Source: an uncultured Proteiniphilum sp.
Lineage (GTDB): Bacteria; Bacteroidota; Bacteroidia; Bacteroidales; Dysgonomonadaceae
Assembly: GCA_964384545.1 (NCBI GenBank)
Contig: CAYLKV010000009.1
Coordinates: forward strand, 13,619 to 77,618
Length of the DNA: 64,000 nucleotides
Direction of reading: 5' to 3'
Shown here: positions 1 to 10,614 of the stretch, piece by piece
Numbering within the stretch: the first letter of the stretch is position 1
How the letters are laid out: each line of letters opens with the position of its first letter
The notes under the pieces: model-generated
The model's input: the letters and a program-made list of their open reading frames with translations, nothing else
The model's database searches: none
Told to the model about the DNA's origin: nothing
Program-made: the position numbers and the translations under genes

Positions 1-1187
1 TTAGGAGTGTAACTATTGAAGGAATACCTAAAAGAGAAAATAATTATCTCTACAGATGGATCGATATTGAAGATAATAAAATAACCAGAAAGGAGTTAGA
101 TCAAATTATTGCTAAAATATATGGTAGCGGATTGTTTACCAAAGTACATTATAGACTGGAAGGAACTGATCCTTTTGATCTGGTTTTCATTGTTGATGTG
201 AAAGAATCGAACAGGTTGAACCTGGGAATACACTTCGACAGTAACGATATGGCAGCAATACTTGCAAACTCAACAATTAAATTAAACAACTCTCTGAACT
301 CGATGTTTGATTTAACAACCCGACTGAGTCGCGATTCATATCTGATGATAGACTATTCAATTAATAGTGGAATTTTTTATAAAGGTGGTATTAACTATAA
401 AATTAGTCGTAACGACTTAAATATATATGAGAGAGGTAATTTATCTTATATTTTAGGGTTGACAAAAAACACTTTGAATCTTGTCTTTTCGGAGTTCTAT
501 TTCCGAAATCTAATGTTGCATCTTGGTGCACAAATAGATCACTTTCATTTCTTTAAGGCTTTAGGGAGCACAAATGAACCACCTCGTAATTTATTGGTGA
601 ATCAGCTTTATATTAATTATCTCATAAATGGAACATTCGATAATTTAAACAATGAATATTTCCCATCATCTGGTCAATATTTCTCTTTTCAATATTCTGT
701 GCATACCGATAATTTTGTAAGTCTAAATGATCATAATCCGACAAACATTGCAGAAATGAATTTTTTTAAACCAATTTCAATGAGTGATAAAGTCTTTATT
801 ACTCCACGTGTAGCTGCAAGATATATTTTAAATGACAGTGTGCCTTTAGTATATAGAAATATTGCAGGCGGTAGAACAGATCGTCATTACATACCACAAC
901 AAATATCAATTCAAGGGTCAAAAGGTATGGAGTTATTAGAAAATATGGTGCTGACTACTGATGTCTCCTTACATTACAACTTCAGAACAAACAATTATCT
1001 GTACACAAACTTAAACATAATGGTACATGATCACAATATTTATTCAATTTTAAAAGGAGATTATTATCTGGGTATAAATATGGGGTATTCTTATCTCACA
1101 GTTGCAGGGCCTTTGAGGCTTGAATTGGGATATTCCGGACTTTCTAAAAGATTACATCCATATGTGAGTTATGGGTATTATTTTTAA
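1..1187 (+). CDS. Outer-membrane protein, C-terminal part: POTRA-like segment plus Omp85/surface-antigen-type beta-barrel (probably the barrel half of a patatin-family or BamA-like protein); 5' end outside the window
   Basis: The frame is open from base 3 (RSVTIEGIPKRENNYLYRWIDIEDNKITRKELDQIIAKIYGSGLFTKVHYRLEG...). The track start at 132 is an internal TTG. Alternating beta-strand pattern and aromatic C-terminus ...YVSYGYYF are typical of OM barrels. Confidence 0.6.
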   Translation, partial: RSVTIEGIPKRENNYLYRWIDIEDNKITRKELDQIIAKIYGSGLFTKVHYRLEGTDPFDLVFIVDVKESNRLNLGIHFDSNDMAAILANSTIKLNNSLNSMFDLTTRLSRDSYLMIDYSINSGIFYKGGINYKISRNDLNIYERGNLSYILGLTKNTLNLVFSEFYFRNLMLHLGAQIDHFHFFKALGSTNEPPRNLLVNQLYINYLINGTFDNLNNEYFPSSGQYFSFQYSVHTDNFVSLNDHNPTNIAEMNFFKPISMSDKVFITPRVAARYILNDSVPLVYRNIAGGRTDRHYIPQQISIQGSKGMELLENMVLTTDVSLHYNFRTNNYLYTNLNIMVHDHNIYSILKGDYYLGINMGYSYLTVAGPLRLELGYSGLSKRLHPYVSYGYYF

Positions 1188-1210
1188 TTGTTAATGTGGA
1201 ATTTTTTTTT

Positions 1211-1218
1211 TAATTTTG
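1211..1218 (+). promoter_or_regulatory. Bacteroidetes-type -7 promoter box TAATTTTG upstream of dps
   Basis: Exact match to the TAnnTTTG consensus, 37 nt upstream of the ATG at 1255. Confidence 0.45.
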
Positions 1219-1254
1219 CCTTATAAGTAATTAGATAAAACAATAAAAAAATTT

Positions 1255-1728
1255 ATGAAAACATTAGATTATTTACAATTAGATCCTAAAGGCGCTGAAA
1301 AAACAGTTGAAGGTTTACAGAAGTTATTAGCAAATTTTCAACTATACTACACCAACCTTAGAGGTTTTCACTGGAATGTTAAAGGTATTGAGTTCTTTGG
1401 TGCTCATGCAAAATTTGAAGAGTTATACGACGGAGCTGCAGAATTAATTGATGAAGTAGCAGAACGTATCTTAATGCTTGGTGGAGTACCTGCTCACAAT
1501 TTTAGCGATTATCTTAAAGTTTCAACAATTAAAGAAACAGGCGTTGAAAGCAAATATTCAACTATATCAAAACTAATTCTTGATTATTTGAAGGAACTTA
1601 TTGCTATCGAAAGAGAAGTATTAGAAATTGCCGGTGAAAACAATGATGAAGGCACTTCTGCTTTATTAAGCGATATTATTTCCGGACAAGAGAAGACTGT
1701 TTGGATGCTAACTGCATCTTTATCTTAA
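1255..1728 (+). CDS. dps: Dps family DNA starvation/stationary-phase protection protein (ferritin-like)
   Basis: 157 aa. LRGFHWNVKGIEFFGAHAKFEELYD and LGGVP motifs are characteristic of Dps. Confidence 0.9.
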   Translation: MKTLDYLQLDPKGAEKTVEGLQKLLANFQLYYTNLRGFHWNVKGIEFFGAHAKFEELYDGAAELIDEVAERILMLGGVPAHNFSDYLKVSTIKETGVESKYSTISKLILDYLKELIAIEREVLEIAGENNDEGTSALLSDIISGQEKTVWMLTASLS

Positions 1729-1770
1729 AGATAACAGTTTCTCATATTAAAGAAATTACATACAACTAAA

Positions 1771-1806
1771 GGGGCTGTCTCAAAAGTAGACGGTCTCTTT
1801 TTTTTA
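1771..1806 (+). terminator. Intrinsic terminator after dps
   Basis: GGGGCTGTC / GACGGTCTC 9-bp stem (three G-U pairs), 9-nt loop, followed by a T9 run. Confidence 0.55.
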
Positions 1807-2182
1807 TTTAAAATTATCTACTAAAAACAATATAAATAGTTGTTGTATAAAGTGATTTATGCAACTAAAGATCATACCGAATCGGGTTACTGGAGCTAAG
1901 GATGAAAAAAATACCTGGTATGGTAGTACTATCATCACCAGGTTTTGGAGACACGGTATAGTCTACGTTGCCAATAACTGCAAGTTCAATTTCGAAAAGG
2001 AACATTAGGGGTTGACACCTATAAGTTACCCGTTTCAAAAAGTTCCGGAGCAGAGATTAAAGAGATACTATTGGAGTAGCATCATCAAAAACATTGTTAA
2101 AAATAGTAAGATTGTTCACTTTTTATGTCACCAAAAATTGATTGCCTTAGTCATATTATAGAACAATTAAAAAATCAATGTG

Positions 2183-2542
2183 ATGAAAAAAATTCTTTTT
2201 ACAATGCTTTTAGTCGGGATGATAATCCCAATGAGCGCCCAAATTAAAGGTAAAGTAACTGACACCTACAATAATCCGGTCAAGTTTGCAAAAGTGGCTA
2301 TCTACTCCCTGCCCGACTCTGTAATGATAGCCGGAACGACGGCCAATGAACGTGGTGAATTTACATTTCCCAATTACTACAGTGTGAATAAACTGCTAAA
2401 GATATCCTATAATGGGTACAAAACTACAATGTTCCGCGCACTGCCGGAACAGCATGTAAAACTAAGGGATGAGCTGACAATGCCGGATAATCTGGCGTTA
2501 AACAGCTCCGGTAATTTGCCAACTAAAAAAAAGAAGAGCTGA
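2183..2542 (+). CDS. Small secreted carboxypeptidase-regulatory-like (CarboxypepD_reg) domain protein; resembles only the N-terminal module of the 943-aa OMP at 4532-7363
   Basis: Signal peptide MKKILFTMLLVGMIIPMSAQ, then IKGKVTD...NPVKFAKVAIY...ERGEFTF. ATG at 2183 is preferred over GTG at 2180. No barrel follows. Confidence 0.5.
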   Translation: MKKILFTMLLVGMIIPMSAQIKGKVTDTYNNPVKFAKVAIYSLPDSVMIAGTTANERGEFTFPNYYSVNKLLKISYNGYKTTMFRALPEQHVKLRDELTMPDNLALNSSGNLPTKKKKS

Positions 2543-2715
2543 TAATTACGAGAATCGTTCTGTTCTGAAACATCCTCAGATGAATCCGTATCATGCACCA
2601 TGGGACGGTTTTTTTGTTTATTGAAACTGGATGGAATATATAAACCATGTTCCATTTTTTGATTCCAATACACCGCTATCGACTTATTTAATTGTACACC
2701 TTTTGAGCTCAATTA

Positions 2716-3435
2716 CTATCTCTTTTCAATTAAACTCATAAACTGTTTCTTATAAGTTTCGCCAATTGGGATCTGCTTTTTGTCGATTACAATTCTGTTT
2801 TTATTTATACTCGAAATCTTATCTATATTAATAATATAAGATCTGTGTACTCTTATAAAATTTCCAAAAGGTAAATCTTCTTCCAACTGTTTTAAACTAA
2901 TTAATGATAATATTGGTTTAGGGTTATCTTGAGTATAAATCTTTACATAATCTTTTAGGCCTTCTATATACAAAATATCATCATACAAGATATGCAGGTA
3001 TTTGTATTCCGACTTAACAAAAATTCCAACCTGCTCTCTCTCTTTTTCAATTTCCGCAATAGATTTATGTTTAATTATTTCAAACCAGTTATATGCTTTT
3101 TTTGCGGCTGTTACAAACTCCTCAAATGAGAATGGTTTAAGCAGATAATCTAGAGCATTTACCCTGTAACCCTCCACTGCATATTCACTAAAGGCAGTGG
3201 TAAAAATCACTTTTGTATGACTACTAATAGTGTGGGCAAAATCCATTCCATTTACTTCAGGCATTTGAATATCAAGAAATAGAACATCTACTTTCTCTGA
3301 TGCAATATTCTGCATAGCCGAAAGGGGGTTGCTATATTTACCTGTAAGCTTAAGAAATGGAACTTTATTTACATAAGATTCCAATAATGAAACTGCTAAC
3401 GGCTCATCATCAACTATCCAACAATTCAGTATCAT
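2716..3435 (-). CDS. LytR/AlgR-family response regulator (receiver + LytTR DNA-binding domain)
   Basis: IVDDEPLA...LFLDIQMPEVNGMDF receiver motifs. C-terminal FIRVHRSYIINIDKI is the LytTR signature. Confidence 0.9.
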   Translation of the reverse strand: MILNCWIVDDEPLAVSLLESYVNKVPFLKLTGKYSNPLSAMQNIASEKVDVLFLDIQMPEVNGMDFAHTISSHTKVIFTTAFSEYAVEGYRVNALDYLLKPFSFEEFVTAAKKAYNWFEIIKHKSIAEIEKEREQVGIFVKSEYKYLHILYDDILYIEGLKDYVKIYTQDNPKPILSLISLKQLEEDLPFGNFIRVHRSYIINIDKISSINKNRIVIDKKQIPIGETYKKQFMSLIEKR

Positions 3436-4510
3436 TCACTATCTTTTTTGTATCTAATATTAGTTTTGTAGAGTATACATCATTTTCGATATGCGTCTCC
3501 CAAATATAACTACCTGCCTTTATTAGTTCAAGTCTTCTCTTCACTAAATCGAGGCCAATGCCACTACCACTTTTATCTGACTCTGACTTTGGAAAATAGC
3601 TATTCTTACATTCAAACTTAACTTTACCATCCGGTTCCTCTTCAAAAAATATGTCTATAAAAGATGGCTTATCACCACTTATTCCATGCTTGAAAGCATT
3701 TTCAATCAAAGATATAAAAATTAAAGGTGGAATGAATGTACTTCCATTCTCTGTATTTGAAAATTCAGCAGTTAGCTTAACATTATCAGAAAGTCTAATC
3801 CTCATAAGATCTATGTAGTTGCGCATAAAATTAACCTCCTGACGCAATGGTACAAATTCATGATTATTGTCATATAGCAAATGCCTTAACAGTTTGCTCA
3901 AACTCACAACTGCCTTTTGTGCTTTTGGAGGATCAAACTCTATTAATGCATAAATATTATTTAATGTATTTAGCAGAAAATGTGGATTAATTTGATTCTT
4001 TAAATTTTGTAACTCTGCTTCCGACTTTGCTTTTGATAGTTCTTTTCGTTCATTGTCTACCTCAAACAAACGGAAAGTCATTTTAAAAGCAACACTCAAT
4101 CCTAGTATTAAGAAAAGAGATGTAGAGTTACGAATAATATGCATAAACATTATTGCAGTAGTTCTTTTACCTCGCCATCTTGGTCTTATATTTGGCAAAA
4201 TATTATCAAGCCAACCTCTTCCAAAAAACATCAGAAATGCTACAATTACAATAAGCAGTATATTGTAGATTATAAAACTTTTTATCTTACCTTTAAACAG
4301 AAGCTTCTCTATAAATATGAAGTAATTAACATAAAATACAGTTATAAAACCTATAATTTCCGGCAGTGATCTTAAAAAAGGACGCCAGTTAAACACCTGT
4401 TCAGAGTCCATAAAAAAGTATGGGAGGATAAAAATAACCCCCCATAATAATATATGAACAAATACATTATTCCACGTAATCTGCTTATTTCTAGTAATGC
4501 TATTATCCAT
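3410..4510 (-). CDS. Membrane sensor histidine kinase (LytS/YehU-type His_kinase domain)
   Basis: N-terminal TM helices. QINPHFLLNTLNNIYALI H-box and a C-terminal GSGIGL ATPase motif. Overlaps the response regulator gene by 26 nt. Confidence 0.85.
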   Translation of the reverse strand: MDNSITRNKQITWNNVFVHILLWGVIFILPYFFMDSEQVFNWRPFLRSLPEIIGFITVFYVNYFIFIEKLLFKGKIKSFIIYNILLIVIVAFLMFFGRGWLDNILPNIRPRWRGKRTTAIMFMHIIRNSTSLFLILGLSVAFKMTFRLFEVDNERKELSKAKSEAELQNLKNQINPHFLLNTLNNIYALIEFDPPKAQKAVVSLSKLLRHLLYDNNHEFVPLRQEVNFMRNYIDLMRIRLSDNVKLTAEFSNTENGSTFIPPLIFISLIENAFKHGISGDKPSFIDIFFEEEPDGKVKFECKNSYFPKSESDKSGSGIGLDLVKRRLELIKAGSYIWETHIENDVYSTKLILDTKKIVNDTELLDS

Positions 4511-4531
4511 ATTATAAAGATTTAAATAGGT

Positions 4532-7363
4532 CTACATTCTTCTTCCACCCCATCCACCTGGCCCTTGTCCAGGTCCACTTCTTTGCATCATATCTTCCTG
4601 ACTTGCACCGCCTTTAAAAATATTGAATCTATATACAAAGTGCACCATGAAGTAGCTGGTTAATGTGTTTGTCGTTGTGTCGCGTATGAAATTAGATGAG
4701 ACGCTTCTACTTATATTACTTCTCTGTTGCAATATATCATATATCTTTAAACGAATAGTTCCACTCTTTTGTTTAAAGATTGTTTTCTGTATTGATGCAT
4801 TCCACAACCACTCATTTTGCTCAAAACCATCAGCATAACCTGAGTTGGTTGAATAGTTAATATCGCTCTCTAGAGTAAAGCTCATAGGCAAATATATAGC
4901 TGTATTTGCACTGGCTCCATAATTAAAATACTCCTGATTTTGCTGACCTTCAAGGCTGTTGTTTACATTATTGTAATTCACATTACCTCTAACACTGAAA
5001 TCAAATGCTTCTGAACGATAGTTTAACCCTAAAGCTTCTGATAATGAGTATCTTTTACTAACATTCTTCTCTTTGGTAATCAGCCCATTATTATCTTCAT
5101 AACCTGTATAACCGTTACTGTTATTATAACTTGCAAAAGACATTGAGAAGATAGAGAACTTAATGTTATTCAGAGGCATATTCAGCATAACGCGTCCGTT
5201 TGTATTCCAGTTTCCTTCAATATTATCATATGTAGTGATCTTTTTTCCTGACTCTAAATTGGTCGCTGTAAAAGAAACCACATCATTAGTCATATAACCA
5301 GCATTAATAAAAGCGTTAACTGAACTAGCTTTCTCAGGGTTAGAAGAACGATATCTTATATTGAACATATGTTCAAATGAAGGCTTTAAGTTGGGATTAC
5401 CATACCTGATATTTAATGGATCCGAAACATCAATTACAGGTGAAAGCTGTGTTACACTTGGCTGATTAGTATTTCCAAAATACCTAATTCTCAAGTTTGT
5501 ATTTTTATCCCATTTATAATTAAACTGAGCCATTGGAGCATAATTTACAACATCCTGTCTCAGAGAATCTATATTTCTATGACCAATAAAAGTCTTATTC
5601 CTTGAGCTTGAAGGTTGTACCGAGAATCCAATCAGATAATCATATTTCTCTCTTATAGATTGAAAATTAAGTTCCAGTTCCTGACGAATAAAATTGTTAT
5701 CCAACTTCTTACTGTAAAGTGTATCGAGTATAGTGTAGTTGCCCGATCCCAAAACATCTTCAGTTCTTGTATCTCTGTCTGATATTGAATTATTTTGTCT
5801 ATACTGATATGCAACCTGAATGAAGTTGTACTTTCCTATGGGCTCTACGTATGAGATGTAACCACGCCAAGAGCTATTATCATTTACATTCTTAAAACGC
5901 TGATCTATATTATCATTCGGACGGGTTCCCCTGTAATAAATAGTTTCAGAAATGCTACTGCCACTATTTTCCGAATTTCCCGTTTGTCCACTTAACTGTG
6001 CACTGATTACTCTTCCATCATCACCAAGTTTGCGACTAAAATCTATATTTAATCCTAAATCATTTCCATTACCTTCTGAATAGTACTCTGAATGACCATC
6101 ATTTATCTTTTCTTTAGATATCTCTTCAATTGTACTAAACTGTCCGGATTCTGTTCTGTTGTTATTATAAACCGATGCAGTAGGACGAATTATAAACTTG
6201 GTATACTCATTGGGATCCCACTCAAGTCTGAAATCCATATTTAAATTCTCACTCCTATTGTTAGATTTGTTAGATTCATCTTCCAATGTGTTTCCGGCAC
6301 TAAGTATATTCTGAGTATATTCACTTGATATTACGTCAGTATCGGTAAAACCATATCTAACATTTCCACCGAACTTAAATTTAGGTGATACTTCCATACT
6401 GAAGTTACCTCCAATATTTCCCGAAGTAGATATACCATTATTTCCACCAAACATACCACCTCGTCCGCCACGGCCACCCATGCTTCCAAACATGGCTGAA
6501 CCAAGATCCGAGAATCCTGCGTTATTTGTATTATTAATACCTCCCAAAGCTGTATATTGATTTTTATCTTTCATATAATTAACCATGAAGTTGCCCTCAT
6601 ATCTGTCCTGACTTCCATAACCTGCAAATCCATTACCAAAAAGGCCTTCCTTCATACCGGGTCTCACTGTCAGGTTAATAACATTCTCCTCATTACCATC
6701 ATCAAAACCTGTCATCTGAGACATCTCCGATCTTCTCTCAAGTACCTGAAGTTTCTCTATCATATTAGCAGGCAGGTTTTTGGAAGCCACTTTCGGGTCA
6801 TTGCTAAAGAACTCTTCACCATCGACCAATATTTTGCTGATAGCTTTACCATTAATAGTGATATTACCCTCAGTATCAATCTCAACTCCCGGCATCTTCT
6901 TCAAAAGATCCTCTACCACAGCACTCTCTGTAACTTTATATGAGTCGGCATTATACTCTAATGTATCACCCTTAACAACAATCTCTGCAGCTTTTGCCGA
7001 TACAACTGTTTCCGACAATAATATATTATCAACATTCATTGTAATATTCCCTAAGTCCAATAGCGGTTTTTCTGAAGTGATATCTACATTCTTAAACAAA
7101 TCGAGGTAACCGATAAAAGAGATATGCAATATATAGTTGCCATTTTTGATTGGTATATTAAATTTTCCATCTAAATCTGACGCTTTACCAGTTATAAAAG
7201 TACTATCTGATTTTTGTAGTACACGAATGTTGGCTTGTGGAATCGGCTCATTTAAGGCATCAGAAATGAGCACTCCTCTAATACCACTGCTAAAATCACT
7301 CTGTGCCGAAAGTGATAAAATTGAAACTAATAATATTGTCGCTAATAAATAGACTTTTTTCAT
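4532..7363 (-). CDS. Large outer-membrane beta-barrel protein with N-terminal CarboxypepD_reg and plug-like domains (TonB-dependent-receptor-like family)
   Basis: 943 aa. Signal peptide ...LSLSAQS, IRGVLISD...ANIRV CarboxypepD_reg module, LEYNADSYKV...MPGVEID plug-like segment, long alternating barrel, terminal aromatic-rich strand. Confidence 0.8.
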   Translation of the reverse strand: MKKVYLLATILLVSILSLSAQSDFSSGIRGVLISDALNEPIPQANIRVLQKSDSTFITGKASDLDGKFNIPIKNGNYILHISFIGYLDLFKNVDITSEKPLLDLGNITMNVDNILLSETVVSAKAAEIVVKGDTLEYNADSYKVTESAVVEDLLKKMPGVEIDTEGNITINGKAISKILVDGEEFFSNDPKVASKNLPANMIEKLQVLERRSEMSQMTGFDDGNEENVINLTVRPGMKEGLFGNGFAGYGSQDRYEGNFMVNYMKDKNQYTALGGINNTNNAGFSDLGSAMFGSMGGRGGRGGMFGGNNGISTSGNIGGNFSMEVSPKFKFGGNVRYGFTDTDVISSEYTQNILSAGNTLEDESNKSNNRSENLNMDFRLEWDPNEYTKFIIRPTASVYNNNRTESGQFSTIEEISKEKINDGHSEYYSEGNGNDLGLNIDFSRKLGDDGRVISAQLSGQTGNSENSGSSISETIYYRGTRPNDNIDQRFKNVNDNSSWRGYISYVEPIGKYNFIQVAYQYRQNNSISDRDTRTEDVLGSGNYTILDTLYSKKLDNNFIRQELELNFQSIREKYDYLIGFSVQPSSSRNKTFIGHRNIDSLRQDVVNYAPMAQFNYKWDKNTNLRIRYFGNTNQPSVTQLSPVIDVSDPLNIRYGNPNLKPSFEHMFNIRYRSSNPEKASSVNAFINAGYMTNDVVSFTATNLESGKKITTYDNIEGNWNTNGRVMLNMPLNNIKFSIFSMSFASYNNSNGYTGYEDNNGLITKEKNVSKRYSLSEALGLNYRSEAFDFSVRGNVNYNNVNNSLEGQQNQEYFNYGASANTAIYLPMSFTLESDINYSTNSGYADGFEQNEWLWNASIQKTIFKQKSGTIRLKIYDILQQRSNISRSVSSNFIRDTTTNTLTSYFMVHFVYRFNIFKGGASQEDMMQRSGPGQGPGGWGGRRM

Positions 7364-7684
7364 AATTAATTATTTTGAATTATGTTGTGATTTACCTAAA
7401 ATCAAAAATCATGAACAAAAATAAACCAACTGTTAAATCAAAACAAAAAAAATAGACAAACCAACTCTTTATATCTACCAACAAACGGTTATAGACGTTT
7501 AACATATGGATATTTGCACAAAATACAGACTGATTTAACGCAATATTTATTTCAAATTAATTAAAAAACTGATCCATGAGATCACTGTTTTTTTTTCTAA
7601 TTAAAAGAGGAAATTTCACTTTACAATTTGTTACAAAGAATTAAATAAATATGTAAAAATGGCTCGTTTTGTAAAAAAGATTTA

Positions 7685-7692
7685 TACTTTTG
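7685..7692 (+). promoter_or_regulatory. -7 promoter box TACTTTTG
   Basis: Exact TAnnTTTG match, 66 nt upstream of the ATG at 7758. Confidence 0.4.
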
Positions 7693-7757
7693 CACAATTC
7701 AACAGGTTAATTAAAAATTTCATTTAGTCATTTAGTTTAAAAATAATCCAAATTATC

Positions 7758-8942
7758 ATGTTTAAATCATTACGAACCGAAGATTGGGTTGCCACACTTA
7801 TTGGGGCTTTTATTTTGGTACTTGTTATACTTGTACCTTCTGTTATGAAAGATAAAATATATTTTTCAATAATTATTGCAATCCTAACTTATTTGGGTTA
7901 TCGGTTTATGGGTAATAAAGACAAAGGGCAGTATTTAATATCTTTTGTCGTAATCTACATTTTAGCACTAGCTGCAAGTTATCTTTCAGGATTACCCTCT
8001 ATTAAGACAATTGGACTTGAATCGGTATTCTTTGCAGTATTAATAGGATTACTTATAAGAAACACTGTAGGTCTCCCAAAATGGCTTGAACCGGCTGTTA
8101 AAAGTGAGTATTATATAAAAGCGGGGTTGGTTATTTTAGGTAGTTCAATACTTTTCAAAGAGATTATGAGAGCTGGAGCACTAGGAATGGTGCAAGCACT
8201 TATTGTTGTATTGGCTGTTTGGTATTTCAGTTTCTGGATTGCTACAAAAGTATTTAAGATCGATAAAGAGATGTCTATGCTGTTATCAAGCTCAGTGTCC
8301 ATATGCGGTGTATCGGCTGCTATAGCAACCAGTGGAGCAATCAAAGGAGATCCAAAGAAACTCTCTTTTGTAATCTCACTTGTTCTTATAGTTGCAATTC
8401 CAATGATGTATTTATTACCCTATCTGGCAGGACTGATGGGTCTTTCAGAAGAGGTTGCAGGGGCTTGGCTTGGTGGAACAATAGATACCACTGCTGCTGT
8501 TGTAGCGTCTGGAAAGTTTATAGGTGAAACAGCTGAACAATATAGCGTAATAATAAAATCGGCTCAAAATGTACTACTTGGGGTAGCAGCTTTTGTAATT
8601 TCAATCTATTGGTCGTACAGAGGAACCAACTCCGAAATAAGACCAAGCGGAACAATCCTTTGGGAAAGGTTTCCTAAGTTCGTACTTGGCTTTCTAATCG
8701 CCTCACTTATTTTTAGCTTTGCTTTCGATATGGAGACAGGAAAAGAATTATCTAAAATTGCTAATAAAGGATCACGAGAATTACTATTCTCTCTTGCCTT
8801 TGTATGTATAGGTCTTGAAACCGATTTCCGTTATATATTTAAGAAAGAGAACTCCCGTTATATATGGTCGTTCCTAACTGCTCAAACTTTTAATATTATA
8901 CTTACTTTAGTTATTGCTTGGTTATTATTTTCTCAATTATAA
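7758..8942 (+). CDS. YeiH/UPF0324-family membrane protein (putative sulfate exporter family transporter)
   Basis: 394 aa polytopic protein. SICGVSAAIATSGAIKGD and GAWLGGTIDTTAAVVASG motifs are typical of the family. Confidence 0.8.
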   Translation: MFKSLRTEDWVATLIGAFILVLVILVPSVMKDKIYFSIIIAILTYLGYRFMGNKDKGQYLISFVVIYILALAASYLSGLPSIKTIGLESVFFAVLIGLLIRNTVGLPKWLEPAVKSEYYIKAGLVILGSSILFKEIMRAGALGMVQALIVVLAVWYFSFWIATKVFKIDKEMSMLLSSSVSICGVSAAIATSGAIKGDPKKLSFVISLVLIVAIPMMYLLPYLAGLMGLSEEVAGAWLGGTIDTTAAVVASGKFIGETAEQYSVIIKSAQNVLLGVAAFVISIYWSYRGTNSEIRPSGTILWERFPKFVLGFLIASLIFSFAFDMETGKELSKIANKGSRELLFSLAFVCIGLETDFRYIFKKENSRYIWSFLTAQTFNIILTLVIAWLLFSQL

Positions 8943-9425
8943 CTCTTTAGCTACTTTAAGCCATTTGAAGTTCGCCTGTTCAATTGAGATTTCCGACCAG
9001 GAATCAACATTAAATTCAAAGCAAGCAGTCGATGCAGTTGGCAGATTATCCAGATTAACACCCAACATATTTATTAAATCGGTGACACCTGGATTATGAC
9101 CAACAAAAACACAACTATTAATATCGTTTGGTAATTTAGAGATAACATTCATAATCCAGCGGGCCGGAGCAAAATAAAGACTCTGGTCTGTCTGGATATT
9201 TTCTTGTGGGTATTCCAAACCTTTAGCGGCAAGTAAAGCAGTTTCATGAGCTCTTTTTGCAGCCGAAGAAATTATCAGTTCGGGGGTACCACTTTTCTTA
9301 AACACAAACACTCCCATTTCAGAAGCATTTCTTCTACCTCTTTCTGTTAGAATTCTATCATAATCATCTTTTGCCATTGTGTCTTGTTCTGCTTTTCCGT
9401 GGCGGAAGATAATGAGTTGTTTCAT
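8937..9425 (-). CDS. Histidine phosphatase superfamily protein, SixA-like
   Basis: MKQLIIFRHGKAE... RHG catalytic motif and VGHNPG near the C-terminus. ATG at 9425 is preferred over the TTG at 9458 used by the track. Confidence 0.75.
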   Translation of the reverse strand: MKQLIIFRHGKAEQDTMAKDDYDRILTERGRRNASEMGVFVFKKSGTPELIISSAAKRAHETALLAAKGLEYPQENIQTDQSLYFAPARWIMNVISKLPNDINSCVFVGHNPGVTDLINMLGVNLDNLPTASTACFEFNVDSWSEISIEQANFKWLKVAKEL

Positions 9426-9724
9426 AAAGTTATAATATTTTAGTCGTTTCGATTGCAAAAATCAGCCGCAAAATTACTCATAAAATTTCATTTTGAAATC
9501 ATTTTTGATCATTTGTCTATTCAACAAAAATAAACTCTTATTGGTAATTAAGAAAAATAAACAAAACAGTAGTTTATAATCAATGTAATAGTTTAATCAT
9601 TATAGAAGCAGTTCAATCATCAAAACAGATGTCTAACCAACATAAAATAGTTTCCATCAATTCTTCCTCTATTATTAAAACCTTTATTACTACATTTGAT
9701 ATCTGAAATAAATTATTAAGAATT

Positions 9725-10543
9725 ATGACAAAAAAGATCAGAATAGCTGTAGGAATTATTTCTGCAATAATTATATTATTACTGATTGGTTATACCTATA
9801 AAACATTCTTCAGACCCTATTATGGATCAAGTATAAATGTTGTAGGAGTTATAATAGTTAGCATAGTTGTTGGAGCCCTAATCACCTATCTGTCATTGCA
9901 ATTAAGGCAGGCAAGAAGCAGTTCCAAATCTCTACAAACCTCATCTCACACCCTGTTGGAAAGCATTAGAAAAGTATTTAAGATTGTTGTTGCCGAAGGT
10001 CAGATGAATGAAATATTCAATTATGAGAATACAAAGAAACTTCTCAAAGTAATTCCATCAACAAAAAAAGCATTGGTTATCGTACGGGCAAATGTATTAA
10101 TCGGATATGATGTAGATAAATGCAAGTGGGATATAGATGAAGTAAATAGAGTAATAAAATTAATTGAGTTTCCCAAACCAGAGATAATATCATTAGAGAC
10201 CGACTTCAACTACTACTATTTCGAGGATGATCTATTTAATTTCATTAGTAGAAAAGATCTGCAGGATATACAATATCTTGCAAAAGAGCAGGTAAAAAAG
10301 TCGGTACTCCAAACTGACCTTCTTAAAATTGCATCTAAGCAGATGAAGCTTTTACTCGGAGAGGTTTCCACTCTAAACAATTGGACTATAGATAATATGG
10401 CTCTTATAGATGATTTTAAATATCCACTAGAAGAGGAGGAAACAAATGAGCAAAAAATAGATGAGCCGAAAATATCGACCCATCTACTCCAAAAAATCAA
10501 CCTGCTCGATAAAGCAGTAAATCTTTTAAAAATCAGAACCTAA
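9725..10543 (+). CDS. Membrane-anchored DUF4230-like protein
   Basis: Two N-terminal TM helices, then VVAEGQMNEIFNYENTKK...ALVIVRANVLIGYD, a pattern I associate with DUF4230. Function unknown. Confidence 0.55.
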   Translation: MTKKIRIAVGIISAIIILLLIGYTYKTFFRPYYGSSINVVGVIIVSIVVGALITYLSLQLRQARSSSKSLQTSSHTLLESIRKVFKIVVAEGQMNEIFNYENTKKLLKVIPSTKKALVIVRANVLIGYDVDKCKWDIDEVNRVIKLIEFPKPEIISLETDFNYYYFEDDLFNFISRKDLQDIQYLAKEQVKKSVLQTDLLKIASKQMKLLLGEVSTLNNWTIDNMALIDDFKYPLEEEETNEQKIDEPKISTHLLQKINLLDKAVNLLKIRT

Positions 10544-10614
10544 AAAACAGTTTTACACTAGTTCTAATTCTATTAATATTTTATATCATCATAGACTAAT
10601 TTCGAGCGTTACCA

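Noticed and set aside
1860-2010. Coding-like, GC-richer stretch between dps and the small CarboxypepD_reg gene, including a minus-strand ~46-aa ORF (MFLFEIELAVIGNVDYTVSPKPGDDSTTIPGIFF...).
   Set aside because: It has no recognisable motif, is short, and has an in-frame stop just upstream. It may be a gene remnant, but I cannot support a feature call.
2407-2712. 101-aa minus-strand ORF overlapping the 3' end of the 2183-2542 gene.
   Set aside because: Composition is not protein-like and there is no motif. It overlaps a gene with a clear signal peptide, so it is probably a chance ORF.
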